Below, one piece after another: positions 30,233 through 39,604 of a stretch of DNA of 64,000 nucleotides. The DNA comes from Gemmatimonadota bacterium. GTDB lineage: Bacteria; Gemmatimonadota; Gemmatimonadetes; Palauibacterales; Palauibacteraceae. The stretch is taken from assembly GCA_963666735.1 (NCBI GenBank), contig OY762926.1, positions 576,001-640,000 on the forward strand, written 5' to 3'. Each line of letters starts with the position of its first letter. Within the stretch, counting starts at the first letter, position 1. The notes under the pieces were generated by a model. It was not told where the DNA came from. It did not search any database and saw only the letters and a list, made by a program, of their open reading frames with translations. Position numbers and translations under genes: made by a program.

Positions 30233-30490
30233 GGGCCTGCCCCGAGCCGGTCCTCGCGCACCTTGCACGGGTGCGAACTCTGGCGGAAGGTAACGGCCCG
30301 AGCGCGCCGAGTGGTAGCGTCGTGAAACACTCCGCGTGCCGCTGGGGGGACGCTTGACCATCGTGAGCTCGGGCCCCCGATGGCTGGACGAGGGCAGTGA
30401 CGACGGCAATATTCCAAGGGACATTGAGGAGGACGGGTGCGCCTCGCCTGCCCAAGGGCGGCGGCGTCCTCGGAACACCAGGGAGGCCAC

Positions 30491-31657
30491 ATGAAGCGAA
30501 GGGCGTTTCTCCGAACCGGACTCACGGGCGCCGGCGTGGCCGGCATCGCCGCCGCACCGCTTGCCGCACCCCTCGCGGGCGCTACGGCGGCGCACGGCCT
30601 CGACACCATCTTCAATCCGCGCCGGCCCGGACGTGACTACAACGGCCCCGTCCGGCTGAGTTCGAACGAGAACCCGCTCGGCATCGCGCCGTCCGCGCGG
30701 CAGGCGATCATCGACGGACTCGACGAGGCGAACCGCTATCCCGGCGCGACCGGCGAACTCGTGCGCGAGGCGCTCGTCGCGCGCCTCGGCGTCAAGCCGG
30801 GCCAGCTCTTCTTCGGCTCCGGCTCGACCGAGATCCTGCGCATCGCCGCGGCGGCGTGGGCGGCGCCCGGCGGACGCCTCATATACGCCGAGCCGACGTA
30901 CGAGGACGTCCCCAGGTACTCGCAGCCGTTCGCCTACGATCACGTCACGGTTCCGCTCACGAGCGACTACGCCCACGACATCGACCGGATGCGCGAAGAG
31001 GCCGCCAAGTCGTCCGCGCCGAGCGTGATCTACTTCTGCAACCCGAACAACCCCACCGGCACGCTCACCTCGACCGGGCCGATCATGGACTGGATCCGCG
31101 ACGAGAGCGAGCAGCACCTCTTCCTCGTCGACGAGGCCTACTTCGAACTCGCGGACGATCCCGGCTACGAGACCTTCGTCCCGCTCATCGAGCGCCATCC
31201 GAACCTGATCGTGGCCCGCACCTTCTCCAAGGTGTACGCCATGGCCGGGATTCGGCTCGGCTACGGGATCGCGCACGAGGCCACCGTTCAGCGCGTCCTC
31301 CCGTTCGCGACGCGGAACGCGCCCAACCACGTCGCGGGCGTGGCGGCCGTCGCCTCGCTCGCCGACGAGGAGTTCTTCGAGAAGAGCGTGAAGACGAACG
31401 ACGAGGCGAAGGCGATGATGTACGAAGCCCTTGGGCAACTCGACATCGAGGTGCTGCCGAGCCACACGAACTTCATCATGCACCGCATCAAGGGAGAACT
31501 CGCGACCTACAACGACCGCATGTTCGAGGCCGGGTTCAACGTGGGACGCCCGTTCCCGCCCATGACCGACTGGAGCCGGCTCTCGATGGGCCTCCCCTCG
31601 GACATGGAGAAGCTCGCCGAGGTCATGATGGACTTCCGCAAGAAGGACTGGATCTAG
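30491..31657 (+). CDS. Tat-exported PLP-dependent aminotransferase class I/II (HisC-like)
   Basis: MKRRAFLRT Tat motif; LSSNENP, CNPNNPTG, VDEAY, RTFSKVYAMAGIRLGY. Confidence 0.92.
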   Translation: MKRRAFLRTGLTGAGVAGIAAAPLAAPLAGATAAHGLDTIFNPRRPGRDYNGPVRLSSNENPLGIAPSARQAIIDGLDEANRYPGATGELVREALVARLGVKPGQLFFGSGSTEILRIAAAAWAAPGGRLIYAEPTYEDVPRYSQPFAYDHVTVPLTSDYAHDIDRMREEAAKSSAPSVIYFCNPNNPTGTLTSTGPIMDWIRDESEQHLFLVDEAYFELADDPGYETFVPLIERHPNLIVARTFSKVYAMAGIRLGYGIAHEATVQRVLPFATRNAPNHVAGVAAVASLADEEFFEKSVKTNDEAKAMMYEALGQLDIEVLPSHTNFIMHRIKGELATYNDRMFEAGFNVGRPFPPMTDWSRLSMGLPSDMEKLAEVMMDFRKKDWI

Positions 31658-31803
31658 CTAAGCTAGTTTCTGGGAACCCGACCCCATTGGGGCCGAAGAG
31701 TTGACATGCGAGATCTTCGCCAGGACCGTTGCGTCTACGGGTTGAGACCGCCCATTCGATAAGTGCGTGAGGGGAGGCGCCTCCAGGAACGCGCCAGCTC
31801 CAG

Positions 31804-32973
31804 CTATTGGGGCGGAGGGGGCATCTCGGGGCAGTCCTCCCCGGCCAGCGATGGAGTAAAGAGTACCGCCCGCGGAACGAGGCCGTCTTCCCGGATCGTG
31901 TACAGTAGGGATTTGTCGCCTGTCCACCACAGCGCTTCATCATGCACGGTTCGAGCAACAAGGCGACCCGTCTGGACGTCGATCACTTCGACCACTCCAT
32001 CCATCATTTTCGTCAAATCCAGCGGTACGAAGGGCACTGGGTCCGCCACGGCATCCCTCCACTGGTCGTCAGCTACGGTCGTTGCAATCCACAGATGTCC
32101 ACCCGCGTACTTCAAGCCTCTAATGACCGATGGCGCCGGAGCCTCGAGCGGATATCCTTCCAACGGCGGGCCTGGCGTGAACCAGGGGGGGCGCCCCTCC
32201 AACCGAACGACCCTGTCCGGATCCGCGGGATCCCACGCCTCGACGGCGTACTCGGTGGGTAGTGCCCGCCACACTCTCCCCTCCTCATCCGTTGCCAGCG
32301 GCGAAGGGAAGAAACGGCGCATCGCATCGTCCGTGGGTACGACGGCAATCATCTCGATCGTATTCCCATCCAGATCGATGGCTTGCGTGATCTCGGCGCG
32401 CTCCGAGTCGTCGGTGCGCCCCCAGCCCGCCAACACGAACCCCGAACCGGACGCCAGCGCCATGAAGTTAGTCGTGAACCTCGCGCCGATGTCTGTCAAC
32501 TGCATCGGCTCCCAAGCCGCGGACAGATGCGTAATTCGCCGAATGAATGGATCGAGCACCAGCACGCCGCCATCGGGCAGGGGCCGCAACATGCCGTGGC
32601 CCGGTTCGAAGAACTCGCCCGGACCTTCTCCGCTCCGCCCGAAGCTCTCCCGGTACGTGCCTTGGCCATCGTATACCAACATCTCCGCGCCGTTCTCCGG
32701 GGTGGCGAGCACGAAGTCGCCGGACTCGAGGCGCGTGATTATCGAGGGAGATCCGATGGTGCCCGGATCATCCATCGCTCCGAGACTGAGTGCCTCATCG
32801 AGCACGACCTCGCACGACGGCGGCTCCGAAGAGATCGGCAACACCTGCTGCGAGGCCGCCATTGCTGGAGCACCCGCGAGGAGGGCGCCCGGCAACCACC
32901 ACCGCCGAAGCGATGACGATGACACTGCGCCGACCAGGCGGGTCGGCTCTTGGGCACGCCACCTCAGGTACAT
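31804..32973 (-). CDS. 6-bladed beta-propeller-like protein
   Basis: LVYDGQGTYRESFGRSGEGPGEF motif and a signal-like stretch (WWLPGALLAGAPAMAA). ATG 32973 overlaps the upstream gene end by 10 nt. Confidence 0.75.
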   Translation of the reverse strand: MYLRWRAQEPTRLVGAVSSSSLRRWWLPGALLAGAPAMAASQQVLPISSEPPSCEVVLDEALSLGAMDDPGTIGSPSIITRLESGDFVLATPENGAEMLVYDGQGTYRESFGRSGEGPGEFFEPGHGMLRPLPDGGVLVLDPFIRRITHLSAAWEPMQLTDIGARFTTNFMALASGSGFVLAGWGRTDDSERAEITQAIDLDGNTIEMIAVVPTDDAMRRFFPSPLATDEEGRVWRALPTEYAVEAWDPADPDRVVRLEGRPPWFTPGPPLEGYPLEAPAPSVIRGLKYAGGHLWIATTVADDQWRDAVADPVPFVPLDLTKMMDGVVEVIDVQTGRLVARTVHDEALWWTGDKSLLYTIREDGLVPRAVLFTPSLAGEDCPEMPPPPQ

Positions 32974-33571
32974 TCGCCAAAACACCAAAACCGGCCATCG
33001 GGCCCGCAACTGATGTTGGGGATACAAAAAGCGGCACGACACCTTGAACTGAGATCATCGGGACTCACGCAATCGCCGATGTTGCGGCAGCTACACCACG
33101 GAATCACGTCATCGGGAGGCGCGGTGGCGTCTGACAAATCCGATGACCCGAGCAATCTGAAAGCGAACCAAGCCTCCTCGCGGCTAAACAGGTTCGACAC
33201 TGCTGTCTCAAGCGCTTGTTCCGCCCGCGAGCCCCGGTCCGTAGGGTGTTGCTCGTACCAAGCTCTTACGCTCCCAATCACCGCCTTCTGTTCGCTGCTG
33301 AAGCGATCATCTTGTGCGGCGCGGGCCAGATGCTCGCTTCGGAGCATGGAGCGAAGATCCTCGTTCCCCCGGCTCGTGATGATTGCGCGTTCCGCTGGTC
33401 CGTACTCAATGAACCTCTCGTAAGTGAGCGTCGGGGAGTCGACGTGCTGCGCGACCGGGTCCGCTGTCGCACACACACCTGCGGGACCGCTATACTCTTC
33501 CCGCTCTTCGGTTAGGCCGGACATCCCGATCCCGGCCGCCGCCGAACACAGGCTAACCATTTCAGCCTCAT
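32964..33571 (-). CDS. Bacteriocin fulvocin C-related precursor (possible 1-nt frameshift in the leader)
   Basis: Helical pro-region (EHL..FSREEAWFAFRLLG) and C-terminal C-x-C-x5-C-x9-C-x4-C-x5-CG-x6-C-x3-C. The SD-supported ATG is at 33571; the open frame starts at 33560. Confidence 0.7.
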
Positions 33572-33689
33572 GAGATTCTCTCTCCTTTTCGGCGGCCTAA
33601 TAACGTGACTAAAACTAGACGCACAACTATCGCTTTTTCACGTGATCCAAGTGTAAATTACAATCTTCGAAAATGTCAAGCCGTCGAAA

Positions 33690-34050
33690 CCGGCTGAACG
33701 GGATCCGGGGGCGGAGCGGATCGGCGTGACGCAACGGCATTCTCGCCGGTCGCGCCGGAAGTTCGAGGCCGAAGGCGCCGCGGCGGCGGTTCACGGGCGA
33801 AGCACCGCCGCCGGCGTCCGAGGCGGGCGGCGCTGGGCGAGCCGGGGCAGTGGGACAGCTCGGTGCACCCGTGGCTGGAGGAGCGGGCGGCGGAAGGGCG
33901 GGTGCCGGTCTCGATCCGCGACGACGCGACGAGCCGGCTGATGATGGCCCGCTTCGTAGCGCGCGACGACGGGGCGGAGAACCGGCGGGCGATCATCGGC
34001 TACCTTCGCCGCCACGTCCAGCCCGTAGTCGGTGTACACCGACTACGCCG
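33690..34050 (+). pseudogene. ISNCY-like transposase remnant
   Basis: RRKFEAEGAAAAVHG, then an internal jump to QWDSSVHPWLEER..IRDDATSRL..ARF..YLRRH..VYTD. Confidence 0.7.
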
Positions 34051-34059
34051 GACTGCGGC

Positions 34060-34420
34060 GCAATGCCGACTTCGCAGCGGGGATGGAGCGGGTGCTCGAC
34101 GTCTACCGGCGTCCGTACGATGCGAACTTCCAAGTGGTGTACATGGACGAGACGCCGCGCCAGGTGATCGGCGAGACCCGCACGCCCGTCCCGCCGGCAC
34201 CGGGACGGGCGGCCCGCGAAGAACACGAGTACAGGCGCCTCGGCACCCGCAACGTGTTCATGGCCACCGAACCGCTGGCCGGCCGGCGCCAGACCAAGGT
34301 GACCGGGCGCAGGACCAAGACCGACTGGGGCCGCTTCCTGCGCGACATCGCCGCGCAGTACCCCGGCGCCGCCCGGATCAGGCTGGTGATGGACAACCTG
34401 AACACGCACCGCCCCGGTGC
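34060..34420 (+). pseudogene. IS630-family transposase remnant
   Basis: MERVLDVYRRPYD..VVYMDETPRQ..EYRRLGTRNVF..RRTKTDW..LVMDNLNTH; both ends missing. Confidence 0.85.
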
Positions 34421-34509
34421 GCCTGGCACGCGGCCAGAGACCGAATCCAAGCCAACGAGGCCGCGTTCCGCCGCGCCTTCGGGATCGTAGAGGCGGCCGA
34501 ACAGCATGA

Positions 34510-34748
34510 CCTCCGCTGATGTCGCTGCGGGGTGGCGCTTCGCCCGATGTCCGAGGCGATCGCGGGGAAGGGCACTCCGACCTTCAGCTCCGGCAGCCCC
34601 ACGCCTCCTTCGCCCCCGGCCATGATGCGGTAGCCGCAGGCGATGACGCCGCCGGCAGCACGTCGGCGAACTCGACGGTGAGGACGTTCGCCGGTTCGTG
34701 CGCTATCCGGATCTCCGCCGTGCCGTTCTCATCTCTCCTTTGGATCAT
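34510..34748 (-). pseudogene. Enoyl-CoA hydratase/isomerase remnant
   Basis: SD plus MIQRRDENGTAEIRIAHEPANVLTVEF, then after a deletion/frameshift GYRIMAGGEGGVGLPELKVGVPFP. Confidence 0.6.
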
Positions 34749-34818
34749 GTCCTCTCCTCACCGCTCTCGCCTTGATTCTACTAGCAAGTTAGTTGACCGG
34801 GCGTCCTCGCCCGCCTAG

Positions 34819-36691
34819 GCCTAAAACAAGCGAGTAGGGCTGGCGAGGCGTCACTTGGATTTCGGGCGGCGGATTATGGGCGGAGGAGGCCGCCGGGAAG
34901 CCGTGTTTCCGTGGTTCCGAGGCGGGGATTCGGGGTTTGTCGCTCGGCGGAAGGAGGGTGCGGGGCCGGCGTTTTGCGCGGGGAGACACCGGTCCCCGGG
35001 GAGGCGGTTGACGCCTTCGGGCGAGCCGGGCCCGGCGGCGGGTGCTACGTGAAGCCGGTCCGCTCGATGGTGTTCCAGGTGCTGAACAGGCGGTCCACCG
35101 AGGGCCGCCAGCCGATGATGCGCAGGGTCGTGCGGCGGGCGCGGCGGATGACTTGGCAGGGCACGAGGATCATCTCGCGGACGAAGCGCCTGAACTCCAT
35201 GGCGGTGTATTTCCGGCGGTCGGCCTTCAGGTGCATCATCATCGCCAGGAAGCTCTTGAGGTTCCACGCCAAGGCCGCCATCACCATGTAGGCCCAGTTG
35301 CTCACCAGGTCGTAGACGGGCACGCGCAGCGCGTTCACCCCGTTCTTGAGCTGCGCGATCACGTTCTCCTGGCCGCACCGGGCGTTGGCCAGCCGGACGA
35401 CCTCGGCCGCGCTCACGTCCCTCCGGGTGGTGATGTGGAAGAAGTGGCGGATCTCCTCGATGAGGGCGAGTTCGCCCCTCATCTCGCTGATGTTCTTGCG
35501 CACCACCACCATCCGGTACGTCTTGCGGCACTTGACGGGCCGGTGGTCGAACTCGGCCACCTCCTCGAAGTTGAGCCGCTTGTTCACGTAACCGCGCTCG
35601 CGCACGATCCGCCCCTTCACGTCCTCCCGCCCACTCCGCGTCTTCCCCGTCCGGGACACGTGGCGGGGCTTGCGCTCCAGAGGCTTCCAGTCGTCCTCCT
35701 CCAGCGCCTCGGCCCGCCGCACCAGCGCCGAATGGGCGTCGTAGCCGAAGATGAAGTCCGCCCGCTCGCTCCAGCGGTCGAAGTTGACGGTCAGCGAGAA
35801 GTCCGTGTCCCCGCGCACGCACACCCGCTCCGCGTACGGCGCCACCAGGTCGATGGCCCGGTCGATCCACTCCGCCGCGCCGGCGTGGCTCACCGCGTTG
35901 CCCGGCCGGTTCACCACGTAGAGCACCTCGGCCGTGTTGGCCAGCGACACGACCAGCGGGTGGTAGCCCCACACCTTCTTGTAGGACATGTCCATGCCCG
36001 CCTTCTTGCGGCCCAGCGTGGGCGCCAGCGTCCCGTCCACGTCGATATGGGCCACCGGCTCCAGCAGATCCCGGCCCCGGCCCCGCCACAGCTTGGGCCT
36101 GACCGCGTTGACGCACTCCATGAGCTCGACCACGTCCGACTCGGAGAAGCGCCGCGTGAAGTCGCCCGCCGCCGTCGGACTGGGGATCACGTCCGCGCCC
36201 AGGGCGTCCATGTACGCCGCGTCGTGGCGCAGGCCGTTCAGATCCTCGAGCCGCGCGCCCCCGCACAGCAGGTTGTAGGCGATGTTCAGCACGTGGTCCG
36301 ACTCGTGGTACGGCAGGTGCCGCTTCAGAAGATCCAGTCGCCGGTCGATCTCCCGCGCCAGCGAAAGCTTCGACACCAGGCGCCGCACGGCGCCGATGCC
36401 CCCGAAGCTCATCGCGCTCGTCCGCGCCCCGATCTCGTAGCGGAGCCCGCCCGCCGAAAACACGGGCTTCGGCCGGGAGCCCCGCCGCCTCGCCCCCGCC
36501 CGCCGCGACTCCACTCTCCGCTTCCGCCGGGCACTGTTCCTTCGGCTCTGCCTGTGCGATATTCCGTTCACCGGAAAGGCCTCCTGGTTGGGATCGGGCG
36601 TCCATCGTTCGAATCCGCTATCGACAATCAGGATAAGCCTTTCCGGTACCTTTTAACAAGGGTTCGCGCGTGGATCGCGCCTGTTTTAGGC
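34819..36691 (-). mobile_element. IS1380-family insertion sequence, apparently intact
   Basis: Terminal inverted repeats GCCTAAAACAAGCG (34819) and CGCCTGTTTTAGGC (ending 36691). Flanked by CTAG on both sides, or CCTAGG if each end is 1 nt shorter. Confidence 0.9.
35045..36571 (-). CDS. IS1380-family DDE transposase
   Basis: YHESDHVLNIAYN, PSPTAAGDFTRRF, IDVDGT, GYHPL, VRGDTDF, RCGQENVIAQLK, NWAYMVMAALAWNLK. Confidence 0.93.
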   Translation of the reverse strand: MNGISHRQSRRNSARRKRRVESRRAGARRRGSRPKPVFSAGGLRYEIGARTSAMSFGGIGAVRRLVSKLSLAREIDRRLDLLKRHLPYHESDHVLNIAYNLLCGGARLEDLNGLRHDAAYMDALGADVIPSPTAAGDFTRRFSESDVVELMECVNAVRPKLWRGRGRDLLEPVAHIDVDGTLAPTLGRKKAGMDMSYKKVWGYHPLVVSLANTAEVLYVVNRPGNAVSHAGAAEWIDRAIDLVAPYAERVCVRGDTDFSLTVNFDRWSERADFIFGYDAHSALVRRAEALEEDDWKPLERKPRHVSRTGKTRSGREDVKGRIVRERGYVNKRLNFEEVAEFDHRPVKCRKTYRMVVVRKNISEMRGELALIEEIRHFFHITTRRDVSAAEVVRLANARCGQENVIAQLKNGVNALRVPVYDLVSNWAYMVMAALAWNLKSFLAMMMHLKADRRKYTAMEFRRFVREMILVPCQVIRRARRTTLRIIGWRPSVDRLFSTWNTIERTGFT

Positions 36692-36946
36692 CTAGGCTCC
36701 GCCACAGGGAGAGACCGTCGGTCCGCGGGGCCGTACAACGGTTCGGGTGCGTCCCGGTGTCAAAGCCGCGATCTCTGACGTTGATAGACGGTTGACAGTT
36801 TTGCGATAGATTCAGCTTGCCGCGACCACTCGGACCGGTGTCGGGTTACGGATACCCGGCGGTCGGCGACCTCGGGAGACGCTCGAGGGGACGGCTTGAA
36901 CATCGACGGGCGAGGAACGCGCCCCGAACACAGCGGTGCGAAGCTT

Positions 36947-38197
36947 ATGAAGGCACGTCATTGGGTCACGTTGATCGTCATGCTCATCGCGGGTGCGGCT
37001 GTCGTCGGCATCTTCATGCGGTTGAGCGAGGACGAGGAAGAGGGGCCGGAGACCTTCGGCGATCCCGCCGCGGACTCGGTGGCGGAGGCGGTGCGGGGGA
37101 CGGCCTCCGCCGCTGCCTTCGCCACGGATATCTTCCTTCCCGTCGAGGGGGCCGTCATCCAGCGCGATACTTTCGTGCTCTGGGTTACGGCGAGCGGGCG
37201 CGCCGTGTCTCTCCGCCGCGCGCCGCTCCATGCCGATGTCCAGGGGCCCGTGACGGCGGTGCCGGTGCAGGAAGGGGAGCATGTGCGCGCAGGCCAGCTC
37301 CTGGCGCGGATCGACCCGACGCTCTACGAACTCCGGGCGCAGCGGGCGGAGGCCGGAGTGGCGCGCGCGCAGGCGGAATATCTGGACCGGGTGCTTTTCG
37401 ATGAGGAACTGCCCGACTCGGTCCGGCTGGCTCGTGCCGAGCAGGCTCGCATTCGGGTGAGCCTCCCCGATCAGGAGGCGCAACTCGCGGAAGCGCGCTA
37501 CGAACTGGAGAAGACCCGCATCGTCGCCCCCTTCGCCGGCCTGGTGGCGAACCTCGGGGTGGCGCAGGGGAGCCGGGTCCGGACGGGCGATTCGATCGCG
37601 ACCATCGTGGACCTGTCCGAGATCGACATCGACGCCGGAGTTCTCCACTCCGAACTCCCCCTCATTGAAGTTGGACGGGAGGCGACCGCCACCTTCCCCG
37701 CGCTTCGCGGAGAGGTTTTTGAGGGGCGCGTCGTGAGCGTGAATCCGCTGGTCGATCCCGAGACGCAGACGGCGCGGGTCACCGTGCGCCTGTCGAACCC
37801 CGAAACCCGCATCGTCCCGGGCATGCCGGGGAATGTACGGATCGCCGGCCGGCAACTCGCGGACCGGACGTTCGTGCCGAAAGAGGCCGTCGTCGAGCGG
37901 AGCCGGCGCCAGGTCGTGTTCGTCTTCGAGCCGGGGGCGCCGGGCTCGGAGACGGGGCGCGCGCAGTGGGAATACGTGACGCTGGGCCTCGAGAACGACA
38001 CGCAGTTCGAGATCATCCCCAACCCGGACGGCGACGACACCTTCGTGCCGGCGGGGGGCGAAATCGTGCTCGTCGACGGTCACGCCACGCTCACGCACGA
38101 CGCCCAGGTGCGGATCGACAACCACAGCGAACTCGAGACGCCTTCGGAGCCGCCCGCAGACGGCGGCGAGAACGGCTCCACGGGCGGCTCGCGATGA
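36947..38197 (+). CDS. RND efflux periplasmic adaptor (MFP)
   Basis: N-terminal TM anchor; VQEGEHVRAGQLLARID, IVAPFAG, GRVVSVNPLVD..PGM. Confidence 0.93.
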   Translation: MKARHWVTLIVMLIAGAAVVGIFMRLSEDEEEGPETFGDPAADSVAEAVRGTASAAAFATDIFLPVEGAVIQRDTFVLWVTASGRAVSLRRAPLHADVQGPVTAVPVQEGEHVRAGQLLARIDPTLYELRAQRAEAGVARAQAEYLDRVLFDEELPDSVRLARAEQARIRVSLPDQEAQLAEARYELEKTRIVAPFAGLVANLGVAQGSRVRTGDSIATIVDLSEIDIDAGVLHSELPLIEVGREATATFPALRGEVFEGRVVSVNPLVDPETQTARVTVRLSNPETRIVPGMPGNVRIAGRQLADRTFVPKEAVVERSRRQVVFVFEPGAPGSETGRAQWEYVTLGLENDTQFEIIPNPDGDDTFVPAGGEIVLVDGHATLTHDAQVRIDNHSELETPSEPPADGGENGSTGGSR

Positions 38198-39591
38198 GGG
38201 GCGGCGCCGGAGGCTGCTCGCCGCGGGTCCGCGGTGTGGTCGCTCTCGTCCCCCTGCTGATGGCCGGAGGACTTGGGGTCGCGGTGCCGGCGGAGGCGCA
38301 GGGGCCGACACTGCCGGACACGCTCGATATTACGAGGGCGATCCGGATCGCCATGAGCGAGAGTCCCGTGCTGCGGGTGTCCCGGACGCAAGCGGATCGA
38401 GCGGGCGCCGATCAGTTGGCGGCGTGGGGGGCGTTCCTCCCGAGGGCCGGCGTTGACGCCAGTCTCAGCCGGTCAAGTTTCTCCCGGACCACGTTCGTCG
38501 GCGAGGAGGGGCTGTCCGAGACGCTCCCGCAGACCCTCAGCTCTTCGAGCCAGGGAGCGAGTCAGGGGATCAACCTCAATTGGACCCTGCTCGACGGCGG
38601 ACGGCGGTTCTCCGAGATCTCGCGGTCTGCCGCAAGCCTGCGGGCCGCACACCGGCGATACGACGACCAGCAGCGCACTGTGGTTCTGGCAGTGCGCCGG
38701 GAATTCCTGGAAGCACTGCGGCGCCAGGACCTGCTGGAGCTTACCCGGGATCAGATCACCGACCGGGAACTCGAACTTGATATCGCTCGCCGGCGATACG
38801 AGATCGCGGCTGTGGAACGCACCGATGTTCTGGCCGCCCAGTCGCAGCTTCTCGATGCCCGAATCAGGCTGCTCTCGGAAGAAAACCAGTTGCGAAACGG
38901 CCTGAGGCAGTTGGTCGTATCGATGGGCCTCCCACCGGAATCCGGCGATGGTCTCGTACTTACGGGCGATGAGGGGATGCCCCGGGGGCTGCCGAATATC
39001 GACCTGATCGTGGAGTCGGCCGTCACCTCCGATCCCGGCCTCCTGGCCCTCGACGCCGAGCGGTCCGCCGCCGCGGCCTCGTTGTGGTCCGCGCGCCTGA
39101 ACTACCTGCCCACCATCAACGTCGGGCTGGGCTGGGGACGCGGGGAGAACTTCGGTCCCGAGGATTCGTTCTGGCAGTTCGACCCGGGCGACACGAGTCA
39201 CAGATTCAGTATCACCGCCTCCTGGAATCTCTTCGATGGCTTTCGCCGGGAAGTTCAGAACGCCCAGGCGTCGGCCGCCAAGCGACAGGCCGAGGAGGAT
39301 CTGCGGAGCCGGCGGCTGGAAATCGAACGCGATGTCCGTCGCTTCGGCTCGGAAATCGAGGAGTGGGCGCAGACGCTTGAGCTACTGGAGCAGCAATACG
39401 AGATCTCCCGCGAACGCCTCGACATGGAACAGGAGCGCTATCGGCTCGGCACCGCGAGTTTCCTTCAGCTTCAGAGCGCGATCGATGCGGTTCAGCGTGC
39501 CGAGACGTCGCTGATCCAGAACCAGTACAATTACCTGATCGCCTGGGCCAACCTTTCCGAGTACATGGAGGGCAGGCCCGGCAGCCCATGA
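38194..39591 (+). CDS. TolC-family outer-membrane efflux protein
   Basis: Signal peptide; two OEP repeats (AFLP..WTLLDGG; NYLP..WNLFDGF), ERYRLG. Confidence 0.92.
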   Translation: MRGGAGGCSPRVRGVVALVPLLMAGGLGVAVPAEAQGPTLPDTLDITRAIRIAMSESPVLRVSRTQADRAGADQLAAWGAFLPRAGVDASLSRSSFSRTTFVGEEGLSETLPQTLSSSSQGASQGINLNWTLLDGGRRFSEISRSAASLRAAHRRYDDQQRTVVLAVRREFLEALRRQDLLELTRDQITDRELELDIARRRYEIAAVERTDVLAAQSQLLDARIRLLSEENQLRNGLRQLVVSMGLPPESGDGLVLTGDEGMPRGLPNIDLIVESAVTSDPGLLALDAERSAAAASLWSARLNYLPTINVGLGWGRGENFGPEDSFWQFDPGDTSHRFSITASWNLFDGFRREVQNAQASAAKRQAEEDLRSRRLEIERDVRRFGSEIEEWAQTLELLEQQYEISRERLDMEQERYRLGTASFLQLQSAIDAVQRAETSLIQNQYNYLIAWANLSEYMEGRPGSP

Positions 39592-39604
39592 CGAGACTCC
39601 GCTA

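Noticed and set aside
30420..30475. Riboswitch upstream of the aminotransferase (GAGGACG...CGTCCTC stem)
   Set aside because: Only a generic GC-rich stem; no recognisable aptamer consensus.
30233..31483. N-terminal 416-aa extension of the 997-aa ORF 28490..31483
   Set aside because: It is the antisense shadow of the aminotransferase gene; the recognisable protein starts at ATG 30232.
31763..33013. 416-aa plus-strand ORF
   Set aside because: It is a Ser-rich antisense shadow of the propeller gene.
21221..36700. tRNA-Leu or tRNA-Cys anchored integrative element/prophage
   Set aside because: No integrase or phage genes were seen, and no duplicated tRNA 3' end was found by eye.
38600..39000. 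Slightly more AT-rich stretch inside tolC as a recombination patch
   Set aside because: Visual impression only; the frame is intact and composition cannot be quantified here.
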